This document shows positions 20,850 to 30,999 of a stretch of 64,000 bases of DNA, piece by piece (position 1 is the first letter of the stretch; each line of letters opens with the position of its first letter). The translations under genes were made by a program, and so were the position numbers. Under the pieces are notes generated by a model. It had not been told where the DNA came from. It made no database searches and was given only the letters and a program-made list of their open reading frames with translations. The stretch covers positions 640,001 to 704,000 of the forward strand of contig CAWBOS010000012.1 of NCBI GenBank assembly GCA_963790475.1. The letters run 5' to 3'. This DNA is from an uncultured delta proteobacterium (GTDB lineage Bacteria; Desulfobacterota; RBG-13-43-22).

Positions 20850-20995
20850 TGGACATAACCACCGGGAGATCCGGTGGCTTGCTGAGAACACCTGGAGGGA
20901 GCTCAGTCTACTTTACTTCTAAATCTATCTGTTCTTTACCGAGTTTTCCCGAATTCTGACTATACTTTCGAACTTGTTTCTCTTCATAGCCAGAG
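20850..20995 (-). mobile_element. IS200/IS605-type relic: 3' end of tnpA plus right-end hairpin
   Basis: Minus strand encodes GYEEKQVRKYSQNSGKLGKEQIDLEVK*, compare GYDERQVREYTRNQEKLDKE at 27071-27130. It is followed by gagctccctccagg...gcaagccaccggatctcccggtggttatgtcca, homologous to 27163-27219. Confidence 0.7.
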
Positions 20996-21333
20996 GGTGC
21001 CAGGCAGAACTCCACTCGCACAACTCTTCGGAGCTATTCCCTTCATTACCAGTGCCAATAGTCAAAAGGATGAGTCCTTAAAAGCAGATATCTCTAATCA
21101 TCAGCACTTTTTCATTTCTTTTTCCCTTGCGGCTCAGATGATCTTGAGTTTTAACATAGAAAATAAAAAATTTAAACTATTTTAGCATAGTAACAATCTA
21201 ATACAAGATGAATTTAAACTCTTTTATTTTTAGTACGGCCAGGTGCGCGGTAGAACGCCGGAAGCCAAGGTTTTAATGATAGCCGATTTAGTCAAGCCCG
21301 ACCATTGATGTCTCATGTTGGAGATGAGGGGAT

Positions 21334-23735
21334 TCAATTCCAACGATCCAAATCACGACGGTGAAATTCATCCCAAAGTGTAGGACTTACTCGTAAGACC
21401 CCAAACCCGGTCCACCAGAAACTCTTATGTTCTTTTAAAGATTCTTGTCTCAATCCCCATTCTTTAAAATAATAAAGGTTCCACCTCCCTACGGGTTCAC
21501 ACGTTAATTTTATTCCCGCTTCATTTAGCAATTCCTCAAAACCGGATTGATCCTGTTGATCAACGATAAAGCCTGTCCGTGGGCCGAATTCGACAACTCG
21601 AGACCGTGGCCAGCCGCGGGCAAAGGAAGCTTCGGTAAAGGTCGGAACGGTTTGTATCCCGCCCCTGGTGGCCTCTCTTATTTTTGCACTCAGCCAGCGT
21701 CCGGCATAGATTTTTTGAAGCCCAACCCTTTGAATTTTCTCCACGATGTCTTTATAGCCAAAACTGTCAAACGAACGCCGGCCTTGATCTTCAAAGACGT
21801 AAAGCTCTCCGATGTTCCAGGGATATCTTTCGGTTTGTTCTTTGTTTTTGATAATTAGATAGCGAGCTTTGAGCGGCCCAAAACGACATTCCCAACGATA
21901 GGTTAATTCCCAATAATAAAGGCGCGGTCCATCCCAGTAATAAAGATCCGTGTTAGTCTCAGGAATAATTTTCTTCCAGGAATGCCCGTCCGAACTAACC
22001 TCCAATTCTATTTTGTAGGCATATTCAGGATATTGGGTACCCCTATTGAATAACCTGACCATCCCCAAAGTACGAATTGTCCCTAAGTCGATCTTAATCC
22101 ACATATCAGGACTTTTGGGTCTTCCGGAACTCCATTCCGTATCCACTGGCGATCGATCATTTTCGAAATATTATCCATTTGATCGGAGGCCTTTACCTGG
22201 AGTTCTCCCCTGGGTATTTCTCGATATTCCCGCAAAGGGGGTTCAAACCCATAGTATAATATGTAAGAATCTATCTTTTCCTGCCTACAGCTACCTCCTA
22301 TCACCTTAAGACTCGGGATAACAGGCTTGTCTCCGGGATCGAGAAAAGCAGCCTGATCGGTGCTTTCCAAGATATTTTCATAAGCACGGTACCTTTCCAG
22401 CATCGGCCGCGAAGAGATAATCCGCTCTCTGGAATAAAAATTTATAATTTCCGAACCGGGGTATTGCCAAGAATAGATATGATGAATTCCTTTCTTTTCC
22501 AACTCATTTATCAACCTTATATACATTTTTGTTCTACCTTCAGATAAAGGAGCTTCAGTTTTAATGAATTTCCAGCTGGCCTCCATCTGGACAAAAAATA
22601 AAAAGAGGCAAAGAAAAATAGAAATAAGGCGCCCCTTTTGGGGGAAATGAACAACCCCGTATCCTAAAGCAATAGGGAAAAAAGAGGCCAAAGGTAAAAA
22701 ATATCTGGCGGCACCCCTTTCTATGTGGACGCTACTGCTAAAAATGCCCAAGAAAATCAGAAAGAATAAGCCCAGGATAAATCCCGGAGATATCTTTAAC
22801 CAACTTCTTGGTTTAAAGAGATAAATCAGATCCTGGCGAAAGCCCCAGAAAAGAAAAACAGTTGCCCCGAGATAAATAAAGGCCCCCAACCAAAAATAAA
22901 GCTGATGAAGGGATGCGAATTTTTCGAGATCAAGGAAATAATGAATCCGTTCCAAAAAAAATAAGTGAAGGCCTTCTTTTATATTTTTTAGGGAATATCC
23001 TACTCCCATGTCCAGGATTTTTCTCTGAGGGTCCATGGTGTAATAAGAAAAAAAAGGCAAGGCTCCTACAAAAAAGAGGAAAACACCCCATGATCCCCCC
23101 TTTAAAATCTCCCCAATTCTCTCCTTCAATAATATAAAAAGAGGGATGGTAATCAGGTAATAAATCATCATCGGACTGGTCCACCACCCGATGCCTCCCA
23201 GGAGACCCAAAAGTCCATAACCCCATCTCTTAGTAAAAAGGTTGGAAGACGTTATGGTTTTTATCGTAATACATAACAAAGTGGTCCCAAACATGGGAGC
23301 GCTGATATTCCCCAACTGGGGCATGATACTGTTTTCAGAGATAGTGATAGTGGAAAAGACACACCACAGAAGAGACCATAAACCGACCTGAGATCCAAAT
23401 AGATCCTTGGCCAAGAGAAAAAGGGCCAGACAAAAAAAAATGAAGCATACAACCGGGACAATATGAATCACCCAAAGATTAACACCGAAAAGTAAATAAC
23501 AGGATGAAAGCAGAAAGGCTTCCAGGCTTCCTAAATATCCCGTGTCATATTGGAAAATTGGGAATTCTCCCTCTTCCAAAATATGCTTGGCCATTAGAAC
23601 GCTTATTCCTTGATCGGGATGAGCATCTCCGGGATCAAAGCCAAATGCGCTGGGAGCTTGGGCAATCATCCAAATACGAACGCTGACAACCAGACCCAGA
23701 AGGATGAGGCATAGCCATTTTGATCAAAGTTTCAT
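21334..23735 (-). pseudogene. Disrupted GT-C glycosyltransferase with one discoidin domain; paralog A4
   Basis: ATG 23735 is followed by an in-frame TGA at codon 4 (23724-23726), then SKWLCLILLGLVVSVRIW...HPDQGISVLMAKHILEEG. A frameshift near 22147 splits the discoidin motif MIDR/VDTEWSSGRPKSPD. Confidence 0.8.
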
Positions 23736-23895
23736 TGGTTGTAGATAACTTGCATTATAATTCGGTAGAGTTAAAGTGGACTTGACCTCTCCAAGATCTA
23801 CAAAAGACCTTCACTGCCTTTTTTGAAAACGGCTGCTGAATTCCTGTTGTTTGAGCAAGGTTTCCACTTTCTCGGTGAAGTTATTTCGCATCCGA

Positions 23896-26544
23896 CTATC
23901 TCGACAATCTATCATCATTCATTTGCGGGTTCTTTAGCCATTTCCAAAGATTAATTATCCCAGATGGCTCAAGCAGGGTGTTCTTATACTGCAGCCAGGT
24001 CATCGGAGGTTTTATTTCACCGGGAAGTATTCCCTGGAAAAATTGGATAAAAGAATAGAAGGTTAAGGCAATGAAAAAAGTGCTTACAATAATAACGGAC
24101 CTTTTGACTATGGTCTTTTGCAAACTTCCGAAAAAGCAGGCCAGGGGCAGGACGAACATACCTAAGGTATCCACAAAAGCCCGGTGACCGAAGGACCATC
24201 CATAGTACCAGTTATACCAACTGGAGACGAGATATAAATGGAGTAAGAGGCAGACTATGATAGGCAACCGATATGATTTCAAAGGACCATTCATTTTCCA
24301 GAAGCCTAAAACTGAAAAGAACAATATAGGTGACCAGATGAAAAGCCCGTGATGCGGGTGGAAAAGGACTTTAATTATTTGAGGAGAAAGTAAAGAGAAT
24401 GTTTCAAAGTCATACATATATGTTTTAACCAAAAAATGATTGGTAGATATTTTCCAAATAATCATTTGGGGAAAGAAAACCAGGAAGATTACGACCAGCA
24501 AAAGGAAAACCTTATTCTTTATCTGCCATAAAAAGCCAACCCTCTCTTTCAGGGTAAGCCAACCGGTTATTCCATAAAGGGGCAGGAATGAGAGAAAGAT
24601 AAGATTAGGATTTCGAATCAATGGAATTAGTCCGGCCACGAGGCCTAAGAACAGGGTGTTAACACGAGAAGGATCGGCATACCAACGTGGTGTCAAATAA
24701 AGAAGTAAACAGATCAGGAAAAAGGAAGAGATGTGGCTGAGAGAAAGCTCAACCGTTGCGTAAGCCAGGAAATTGGTTCCCAAAAACAGGCTCAGAAGCG
24801 TGGCCGTGACCACTTTGGATGAAAAATATCTAATCAAAATCTTAAAAAGGAGAATCAATCCACAAACTGAATAGAAGATAGATGCCATATCAATGGCCCA
24901 TTGGTAACTCAAAGAAAAGCCATCGCTTGCAGATCCTATTAGAGGTGCAATAAGATGCCCCACAAGGAAAAATGGGAACTCCAAAATCGCCTGGCCTATG
25001 GTGTTTTGATTTAGATAACGTCCGGTAGCAGGATAGCGTCTAAAACCTTCCCCCATGTGCAGGTCTAATCCATCAGCAGGATAGTCATAGAGCCGCGTCG
25101 GAGAGTACAGGCTCTCCATGGACAGGTCGTGGTAAATAAGATATGAAGGTAGATAGGAATAAAAACCGAGACCATCACTCCAGATGGGGGGAACGGGGTG
25201 TTCGGTATGAAAAATTATGCTAAGGGCCAGAGAAAAGATGGCCACGGCCAGAAAAAAAATCGACCACAACCGGGTAGGGAAAAGCTTTCCAGGCCATCGG
25301 CGAAAATAAAACAGGCCTAACCACAGCAAGCTAAGCCCCAGGAACCCGAGGAAACAAAGGTACTCCCCCCAGGAAACCACTATCAACCAGGTAGCAATGT
25401 TTCCGAGTTCCAGGAAGGATAATTCATTCGCATTTAGGAGGGTATAATTGGTCTGGCCCGGCCCGGCTATTTCTATTCTGAGCCATCCCGGAGCGAGTTC
25501 ATTATTAAGCTGCAATTCCAGGAGGTGTGGGCCGGGCGTCAACCATTGCTTGGTCTCTCCCACATTATGGGGGCTGACACCTTTTAATGTGATAATAGGA
25601 CGGCTGTCAATTATAACTTTCCCATTATCATCGCAGGATAATTTTAATTTGTAGAGCCCATTCTTCGGCACTTGCCACACGGCATAGGCGGAAAGAGTGG
25701 AATCCGGTTTTTCCAAAAATAGAGAGGTGCCGTCCACCCTATAGGGAGAATTAGAATCCAAAAGAAGATGGTGTTTGTCCGGGAGTGCCTGGGGGAGGAT
25801 GATTAAATGCCAGATCAATGGCCAGATGGCAAAATGAAACAGAAAAAAGAAGAAACCTGCCCATAGAAGAAAATAGCTGGGAATGGGCTTTTTTTGCGCT
25901 GATGTTTTGGCGGCCCCCTGTCTAAGAGACTGCCTTACAGTATGTCGTCTGAAAAGAACTCGTATCCAGATTAGAATAAGCCCCAGGAACCCAAGAAGAC
26001 AAAGACCTCTCCCCCAGGAAACTACACCTGACCAGGTAGCGATGTTCCCGAGTTCCAAGTAGGATAATTCATTCGCATTTAGGGGGGTATAATTGGTCTG
26101 GCCCGGCTCGGCTACTTCTATTGTGAGCCATCCCTTGGCAAGGATATTGTTGAGGCGCAATTCTAAGAAATGTGGGCCGGGTGCCAACCATTGTTTGGTT
26201 TCTCCAACATTACTGGGACTGATGCCTATTAGGGTGATGACCGGATGCCCATCTATTGAAACTTTTCCGTTATCGTCGCAGGATAATTTTATATGGTAGA
26301 ATCCCTCCTTGGGGACTTGCCAGACGGCATAGGCTGAAAGAGAGGTGTTGGGTTTGTCTAAAAACAGAAAGGTATTATCAACTCTATAGGGAGAATAAGA
26401 CTCTATCCGCAGTTGGTGTTTGTCGGGCCGGGCGTGGGGAAGAACAATTAAATGCCAGACTATGGGCCAGATTGCCAAGTAGGTTAAGAAAAATATCAGG
26501 ACTCCTAACAAGAAATAAAAGGGAGCGGATATCAGTCTTCTCAT
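23896..26544 (-). CDS. GT-C glycosyltransferase preceded by two tandem TM-PA14-like modules
   Basis: Two repeats of LSAYAVWQVPKxGxYxxKLSCDDNGKVxID...WLxPGPHxLELxLNN (PA14-like DD motif). Then SDGLGFYSYLPS, LFHPHHGLFIWSP and WYYGWSFGHRAFVD in a polytopic domain. Confidence 0.8.
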   Translation of the reverse strand: MRRLISAPFYFLLGVLIFFLTYLAIWPIVWHLIVLPHARPDKHQLRIESYSPYRVDNTFLFLDKPNTSLSAYAVWQVPKEGFYHIKLSCDDNGKVSIDGHPVITLIGISPSNVGETKQWLAPGPHFLELRLNNILAKGWLTIEVAEPGQTNYTPLNANELSYLELGNIATWSGVVSWGRGLCLLGFLGLILIWIRVLFRRHTVRQSLRQGAAKTSAQKKPIPSYFLLWAGFFFFLFHFAIWPLIWHLIILPQALPDKHHLLLDSNSPYRVDGTSLFLEKPDSTLSAYAVWQVPKNGLYKLKLSCDDNGKVIIDSRPIITLKGVSPHNVGETKQWLTPGPHLLELQLNNELAPGWLRIEIAGPGQTNYTLLNANELSFLELGNIATWLIVVSWGEYLCFLGFLGLSLLWLGLFYFRRWPGKLFPTRLWSIFFLAVAIFSLALSIIFHTEHPVPPIWSDGLGFYSYLPSYLIYHDLSMESLYSPTRLYDYPADGLDLHMGEGFRRYPATGRYLNQNTIGQAILEFPFFLVGHLIAPLIGSASDGFSLSYQWAIDMASIFYSVCGLILLFKILIRYFSSKVVTATLLSLFLGTNFLAYATVELSLSHISSFFLICLLLYLTPRWYADPSRVNTLFLGLVAGLIPLIRNPNLIFLSFLPLYGITGWLTLKERVGFLWQIKNKVFLLLVVIFLVFFPQMIIWKISTNHFLVKTYMYDFETFSLLSPQIIKVLFHPHHGLFIWSPILFFSVLGFWKMNGPLKSYRLPIIVCLLLHLYLVSSWYNWYYGWSFGHRAFVDTLGMFVLPLACFFGSLQKTIVKRSVIIVSTFFIALTFYSFIQFFQGILPGEIKPPMTWLQYKNTLLEPSGIINLWKWLKNPQMNDDRLSR
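25330..26475 (-). repeat. Intragenic tandem duplication, 645-nt offset (PA14-like module)
   Basis: Homologous blocks, e.g. aattggtctggcccgg at ~25446 and ~26091, and aggataattcattcgcatttagg in both copies. Confidence 0.85.
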
Positions 26545-26619
26545 GGTGAGACCTTTGAATTAACGGTTTAGAGATCAGAGATTTCTACGATCCGAAAATT
26601 TAAAATTATTAATAAGGAA

Positions 26620-27220
26620 GATTAAAGCACCAGCTCTAAGGTGCGAGCCTCAAAAGGCTCTGCCTGCCAGGCCTGATAAAATCTCCTTCCCGAGGGCCTC
26701 GAGGTAGGGGTAGGTCGGGAAGGAGATTTATGTGAAAGACCGTAAAAGAATAGCACATGTGAAATGGGAGTGCAAATATCATATTGTCTGGGTTTGCAGA
26801 TATTGTCGGAAGGTTTTATACGGGAAAGTCAGGAAAACATTAGGAGAGATTGTTATGGATTTATGCCGGCAGAAAGGGATTCAGGTGATCGAAGGACATG
26901 AATTGATCGATCATCTCCGGCTATGTTTAAGCTTTTCGCCCCAATACGGTATTTCAGATAGGTCAGAATTTTTTAAAGGGAAGGGTGCTATTTGGGCACA
27001 TCGGGAGTTTGTAGGCCAGGGGAGGATCGGAAAACATTTTGGGGTAGGCGGGTATTAGGTGAGTGCCATCGGCTATGATGAGAGGCAGGTACGAGAGTAC
27101 ACTCGGAATCAGGAAAAGCTTGATAAAGAACTGCCGGAGTTAGCTTAGCATTAGAGTAAACCGAGGCTCCTTCCAGGAGCCCTATGCAAGCCGCTGGCTC
27201 CATCAGTGGTTATGACTCAA
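26620..27220 (+). mobile_element. tnpA: Degenerate IS200-type element with pseudogenised Y1 transposase (CDS 26732-27148)
   Basis: AHVKWECKYHIVW..YCRKVLYG; the HUH motif has decayed to DHLRL. In-frame TAG at 27056-27058 precedes VSAIGYDERQVREYTRNQE (catalytic Tyr helix). Terminal hairpins gagcctcaaaaggctc and ggctccttccaggagcc. Confidence 0.85.
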
Positions 27221-27375
27221 CTGGTTCTTTAAATCAACCAGTCTCGGTCCCTTGCCCCCCTTCACTTTTAGATAAGGGCTTATTTTTCAAGAATAATTAA
27301 TGTATGTTATTATTTAGTTGACATACATATATATTCATGGTAGGCTCTGGCTCAATTGAACTCAGGAGGGTGCCC

Positions 27376-27705
27376 ATGGAAAATAAACTGCCCGAAGAAT
27401 TCCTTTCCTTTTTTGAGTCCATATTGTCAGCCCAACTTCGTGTAGTTCGCCAATTCAAGAATCCAAAATCCGGAAAGACTAAGCTCAACCAGGGGCAAGG
27501 TATGTCTAATATCTATATGGCCATAGACATACTTCAAAAGGCCAAACAACCTCTTCATATCTCCGAAATCATTAATCAGGTTAAAGCCAAACACGGCGTA
27601 ACGCTGGATCGTGAATCTTTGGTCAGCGCTTTGGTTAAAAAAGTCCACCAGAACCAGGGGTTGATACGTACGGCCCCCAACACCTTTCAGGTATCGAGTA
27701 AGTGA
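27376..27705 (+). CDS. Winged-helix HTH protein (HARE-HTH-like) carried inside the IS
   Basis: AGGAGG RBS before ATG 27376; MAIDILQKAKQPLHISEIINQVKAKHGVTLDRESLVSAL...RTAPNTF. Its stop overlaps the transposase start (GTGA). Confidence 0.7.
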   Translation: MENKLPEEFLSFFESILSAQLRVVRQFKNPKSGKTKLNQGQGMSNIYMAIDILQKAKQPLHISEIINQVKAKHGVTLDRESLVSALVKKVHQNQGLIRTAPNTFQVSSK

Positions 27706-28901
27706 TCCATAAAGCCTCTAATCGGGAACGTATTGTCCACGATGAGTTGCTCCTGAAACTCTGTACCCTTCTATTGACCTATCAAGGGATTATTCGGATC
27801 TCTATTCTTAAAAATATTGCCTTGGTTACCTATGCGATCTTGACCCTTTTTAGCGGGGCACGAGGTTCTAATGGCTGGCTTTCCAAAGCCGCTTTAGCCC
27901 GATGCTTACCCTTAGACCTGGGCCCCAAAACCCGAGAGCAGCGACTCTACCGATTTTTAGCCAATCCGAGATTTACTCCGGAAGTCATGATCCCCCTGTT
28001 GGTGGCCTTGGCCAATGGAACCCATCTCCCCGGACCGATCCCTCTCATCCTGGATCAGACCTCTATCCGGGGCATTCCCACCTTGCTGATCGGTTTGGTC
28101 TTTGAGGGGCGGGTGATACCCGTAGCTTTTTCTTGCTTCACTTATTCTCGTATTCAAAAAAGCCAAAACATCTTGGAACACGCCTTGATCTTAGCGGTTA
28201 TGAGCTGTTTCCCGGCTAAGCAGCGCCCCTGGCTGATTATGGACCGGGGCTACGCTCGCATTGGTCTCTTAATGAAACTGGGCTTGGAGGGAATCCCTTT
28301 CCTGGTTCGAGCCCAAAAAAATGTCCTGGTTTACCGAAAAGGGGAACCTATCGCCCTCGGGCGGCTCTCGGTCAAACCCGGTCAGATCCAACGCTACTCG
28401 ATCCGCTATCATTCTAAAGAAAAGGAACCGCTGGATCTAATCATCTTTTATGGGAAAGGCTATCAAGAACCTTGGTATCTCCTGGTTCCGGCCAATACGC
28501 CCGAGTCTGCGGAAGAAATCGTCGCCCTCTACGCCAAACGCATGTCTATTGAACAAGGCTTCCGGGATTGGAAAACCCACCTGGGTATCCGGGGCATGGT
28601 TTTTGTTCATGATAATCCCGCTCCGCGCCTTACTCGTTTACTCTTGGCCTTCTCTCTCAGTTATTTGCTTTGTCTGGCTTTGGGTAGTACCGCCGACAGC
28701 CAACTCGTAAGGGCTTTTGTGGAAATCCCCAGGCGAACGGCTCGGCATGGCACCACTCGAACACTCTCCGTCCTTTCTATTGGCATCTTAAAACTTTCCT
28801 TGCCTAAGTTCGCCTCCCAGGCCCGCTTACAAGTCTTAGCCGTTATTCAACAGCTTCTTTCTGGCCAAGGGTTGATCGCTGCCATCGTATCTCCCCCTTA
28901 A
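27702..28901 (+). CDS. IS4-family DDE transposase
   Basis: LILDQT (D1), LIMDRGY (D2), EPWYL, and YAKRMSIEQGFRDWK (YREK motif containing the catalytic E). Confidence 0.92.
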   Translation: MIHKASNRERIVHDELLLKLCTLLLTYQGIIRISILKNIALVTYAILTLFSGARGSNGWLSKAALARCLPLDLGPKTREQRLYRFLANPRFTPEVMIPLLVALANGTHLPGPIPLILDQTSIRGIPTLLIGLVFEGRVIPVAFSCFTYSRIQKSQNILEHALILAVMSCFPAKQRPWLIMDRGYARIGLLMKLGLEGIPFLVRAQKNVLVYRKGEPIALGRLSVKPGQIQRYSIRYHSKEKEPLDLIIFYGKGYQEPWYLLVPANTPESAEEIVALYAKRMSIEQGFRDWKTHLGIRGMVFVHDNPAPRLTRLLLAFSLSYLLCLALGSTADSQLVRAFVEIPRRTARHGTTRTLSVLSIGILKLSLPKFASQARLQVLAVIQQLLSGQGLIAAIVSPP

Positions 28902-29244
28902 ACCTTTCCCCCTATGGTTACCCCGATTCATCTTCCTAATTTTCTTAAAACCTCAGGGGATAGCTTTTTCTCTCGGTCTGGTATTCTCCCTAATACAGGT
29001 TCTCATTCCCCCTCCCTCGTCTTCCCGTTCTTAATAAATTAACCGACTTCCCTTTAAATCCTCTCCTTTGGGCCTTCCTCCTTTCTTCTCGCTTTCGTCC
29101 TTTTCATCTTCCCACCTCTTCTCTCCCTTCCCCTTATCTAAAAGTGAAGGGGGGCAAGGTCTCGGTCCCCTGCCCATGAAAGGGATGGCCCTTGATTAGG
29201 TAAGCTATGGATTTTGGATAAACAAGAAATCCCCTATTTTTTTA

Positions 29245-29273
29245 TTGAAATGGGATTCAAAAAAACCTATAAC
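29245..29273 (+). promoter_or_regulatory. Sigma70-like promoter (copy 1 of a duplicated upstream region)
   Basis: TTGAAA-17 nt-TATAAC; the flanking ~80 nt are homologous to 47341-47417. Confidence 0.6.
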
Positions 29274-29318
29274 GTAATTCAAGTCTCACCGAAGATTGAA
29301 ATGAATTAAGAAGAATCA

Positions 29319-29750
29319 ATGAAACATCGCTGTTTTTTGGGCTTTATCCTTGTTGTTTTCTTATTAACAATCTCTTCTTGAAGCCAAAGAGAAAAAAATC
29401 ACGTGAAAAAACCGTGCATCGGGGAGATATCAATCATAATAAATACGCTTGGAATAGGAAAGAATAGTATTATTAGGTTGTTCCTGGACCAGCGACATAC
29501 GGAGTTTGGCCGGTCAAGGGAATAAACTCGAAGATTTCCCGAACAACGGATACCGTTGTATTCACGGTGTTGATGACGCTTACCGGTTTATTTAAGTCTG
29601 GGGGGGATTACACCCTAATAAAAATTGTGCGGTTAATCTCGATTGGTGGTACCATTGATCCCTGGCCAGTTGGATTTATCGGCTTATCAATAATGACGGG
29701 GCACCGTGGTTTCGGATTCCTTGATCCTCCGTTTGGGTGTTAGAATTTCT
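29319..29750 (+). pseudogene. Probable decayed secreted-protein gene
   Basis: MKHRCFLGFILVVFLLTISS* is a signal-peptide-like start downstream of the promoter, followed by broken frames. The 3' limit is uncertain. Confidence 0.3.
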
Positions 29751-29838
29751 TTTAAGGGGATATTCTTAGAAAGTTCACAAAATAAGCTTGAACCCATTTT
29801 TTTCTCCTTCTAAGATTTTTTTAAGCTAAAGTAAACAC

Positions 29839-30999
29839 ATGAGGGAATCAGCACCAAGCACTTATCATGATCTAATTGTTATTGGTGGAGGATTCTATGG
29901 CTGTTGTTTAGCCATTTTCCTGAGCGATTATTATCCGGATGTGGTGCTTCTCGAGAAAGGGGCCGATCTCCTGACTCGTGCTTCATACGTCAACCAAGCA
30001 CGGGTCCATGGCGGATATCACTATCCTCGAAGTTTTATAACCGCCTTGCGTTCATTGGTCAATATGCCTCGCTTTTGTCTCGACTTCAGAGAATGTATTG
30101 TGGACCGATTCGATAAGGTTTATGCCGTTGCCCGCAATCTTTCCAAGGTTAATGCCTTTCAATTCCGCAAATTTTGCGAAAGGATTGGGGCCCCTATCAA
30201 GTTGGCACCTAAGTCGGTTCGCCGTCTGTTCAATGAAGCCATGATTGAAGAGGTCTTTTATGTTAAAGAGCATGCCTTTGATGCCCTCAAGTTGCGCCAG
30301 CTATTGAAAAAGCGGTTACAACGAAGCGGAGTTAAGGTCTACCTGAATAGTGTTGTCCAAAAAGTCCGCCTTTTAGGAGATGATCTGGTGGAATTGAAGT
30401 TGGAGGACGGTACTGCTTGGTCGACTCAGCAAGTATTTAATTGTACCTATTCGAACATCAATACACTTTTGCATTGTTCCGGCCTTTCGCTTTTGCCCAT
30501 GAAGCATGAGGTGACTGAAATTGCCTTGATAGATGTGCCGGAGGAATTGGAAAACTTGGGCATTACCGTGATGGACGGTCCTTTTTTTTCAGCTATGCCT
30601 TTCCCGCCCCGAAAGGTTCATAGTTTAAGTCATGTCCGCTATACCCCGCATGAAAGTTGGTTCGATGAAAAGGATTTTAAAGAAGCCTACGGCTATTTGG
30701 AAGATTTGCCGATTCGTTCCAACTATCCGTTAATGTGGAAAGATGCCCAACGGTATGTGCCCAGTCTCTCGAAGGCCCGATATCTGGGTTCGTTATATGA
30801 AATTAAAAGCGTTCTGGCGGGAAATGAAGTCGATGACGGCCGACCTATCCTAATGCGAACGCATTCCGATTTAAAAAACTTGACTACCATCATGGGGGGA
30901 AAGATTGACAACATTTACGATGTGTTGCAGGCCTTGCAACGTTTAGACCATTATTCCCGGAAAAGAGAAACACACAGATCCCCAGGACAGGTATCTTAA
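29839..30999 (+). CDS. FAD-dependent oxidoreductase (DAO family)
   Basis: DLIVIGGGFYG FAD-binding motif; ASYVNQARVHGGYHYPRS; GGKIDNIYD. Confidence 0.85.
   Translation: MRESAPSTYHDLIVIGGGFYGCCLAIFLSDYYPDVVLLEKGADLLTRASYVNQARVHGGYHYPRSFITALRSLVNMPRFCLDFRECIVDRFDKVYAVARNLSKVNAFQFRKFCERIGAPIKLAPKSVRRLFNEAMIEEVFYVKEHAFDALKLRQLLKKRLQRSGVKVYLNSVVQKVRLLGDDLVELKLEDGTAWSTQQVFNCTYSNINTLLHCSGLSLLPMKHEVTEIALIDVPEELENLGITVMDGPFFSAMPFPPRKVHSLSHVRYTPHESWFDEKDFKEAYGYLEDLPIRSNYPLMWKDAQRYVPSLSKARYLGSLYEIKSVLAGNEVDDGRPILMRTHSDLKNLTTIMGGKIDNIYDVLQALQRLDHYSRKRETHRSPGQVS

Larger units (their letters stand above)
27251..29158 (+). mobile_element. Intact IS4-family insertion sequence, 1908 bp, two ORFs
   Basis: 28-bp perfect TIR cttgccccccttcacttttagataaggg at 27251-27278 and its reverse complement at 29131-29158. 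Direct repeat gtctcggtcc at 27241-27250 and 29159-29168 (a 29-bp TIR / 8-bp TSD reading is also possible). Confidence 0.93.

Noticed and set aside
20851-20905. Hairpin region upstream of paralog A3 as a riboswitch
   Set aside because: It matches the IS200 right end at 27163-27219 in reverse orientation and adjoins a tnpA tail; no riboswitch consensus was recognised.
3632-22150. Homopolymer-driven phase variation of the broken genes
   Set aside because: Only the A9 run near 3632 fits. The 22147 frameshift is not in a homopolymer and the genes also carry nonsense codons, so reversible switching is unsupported.
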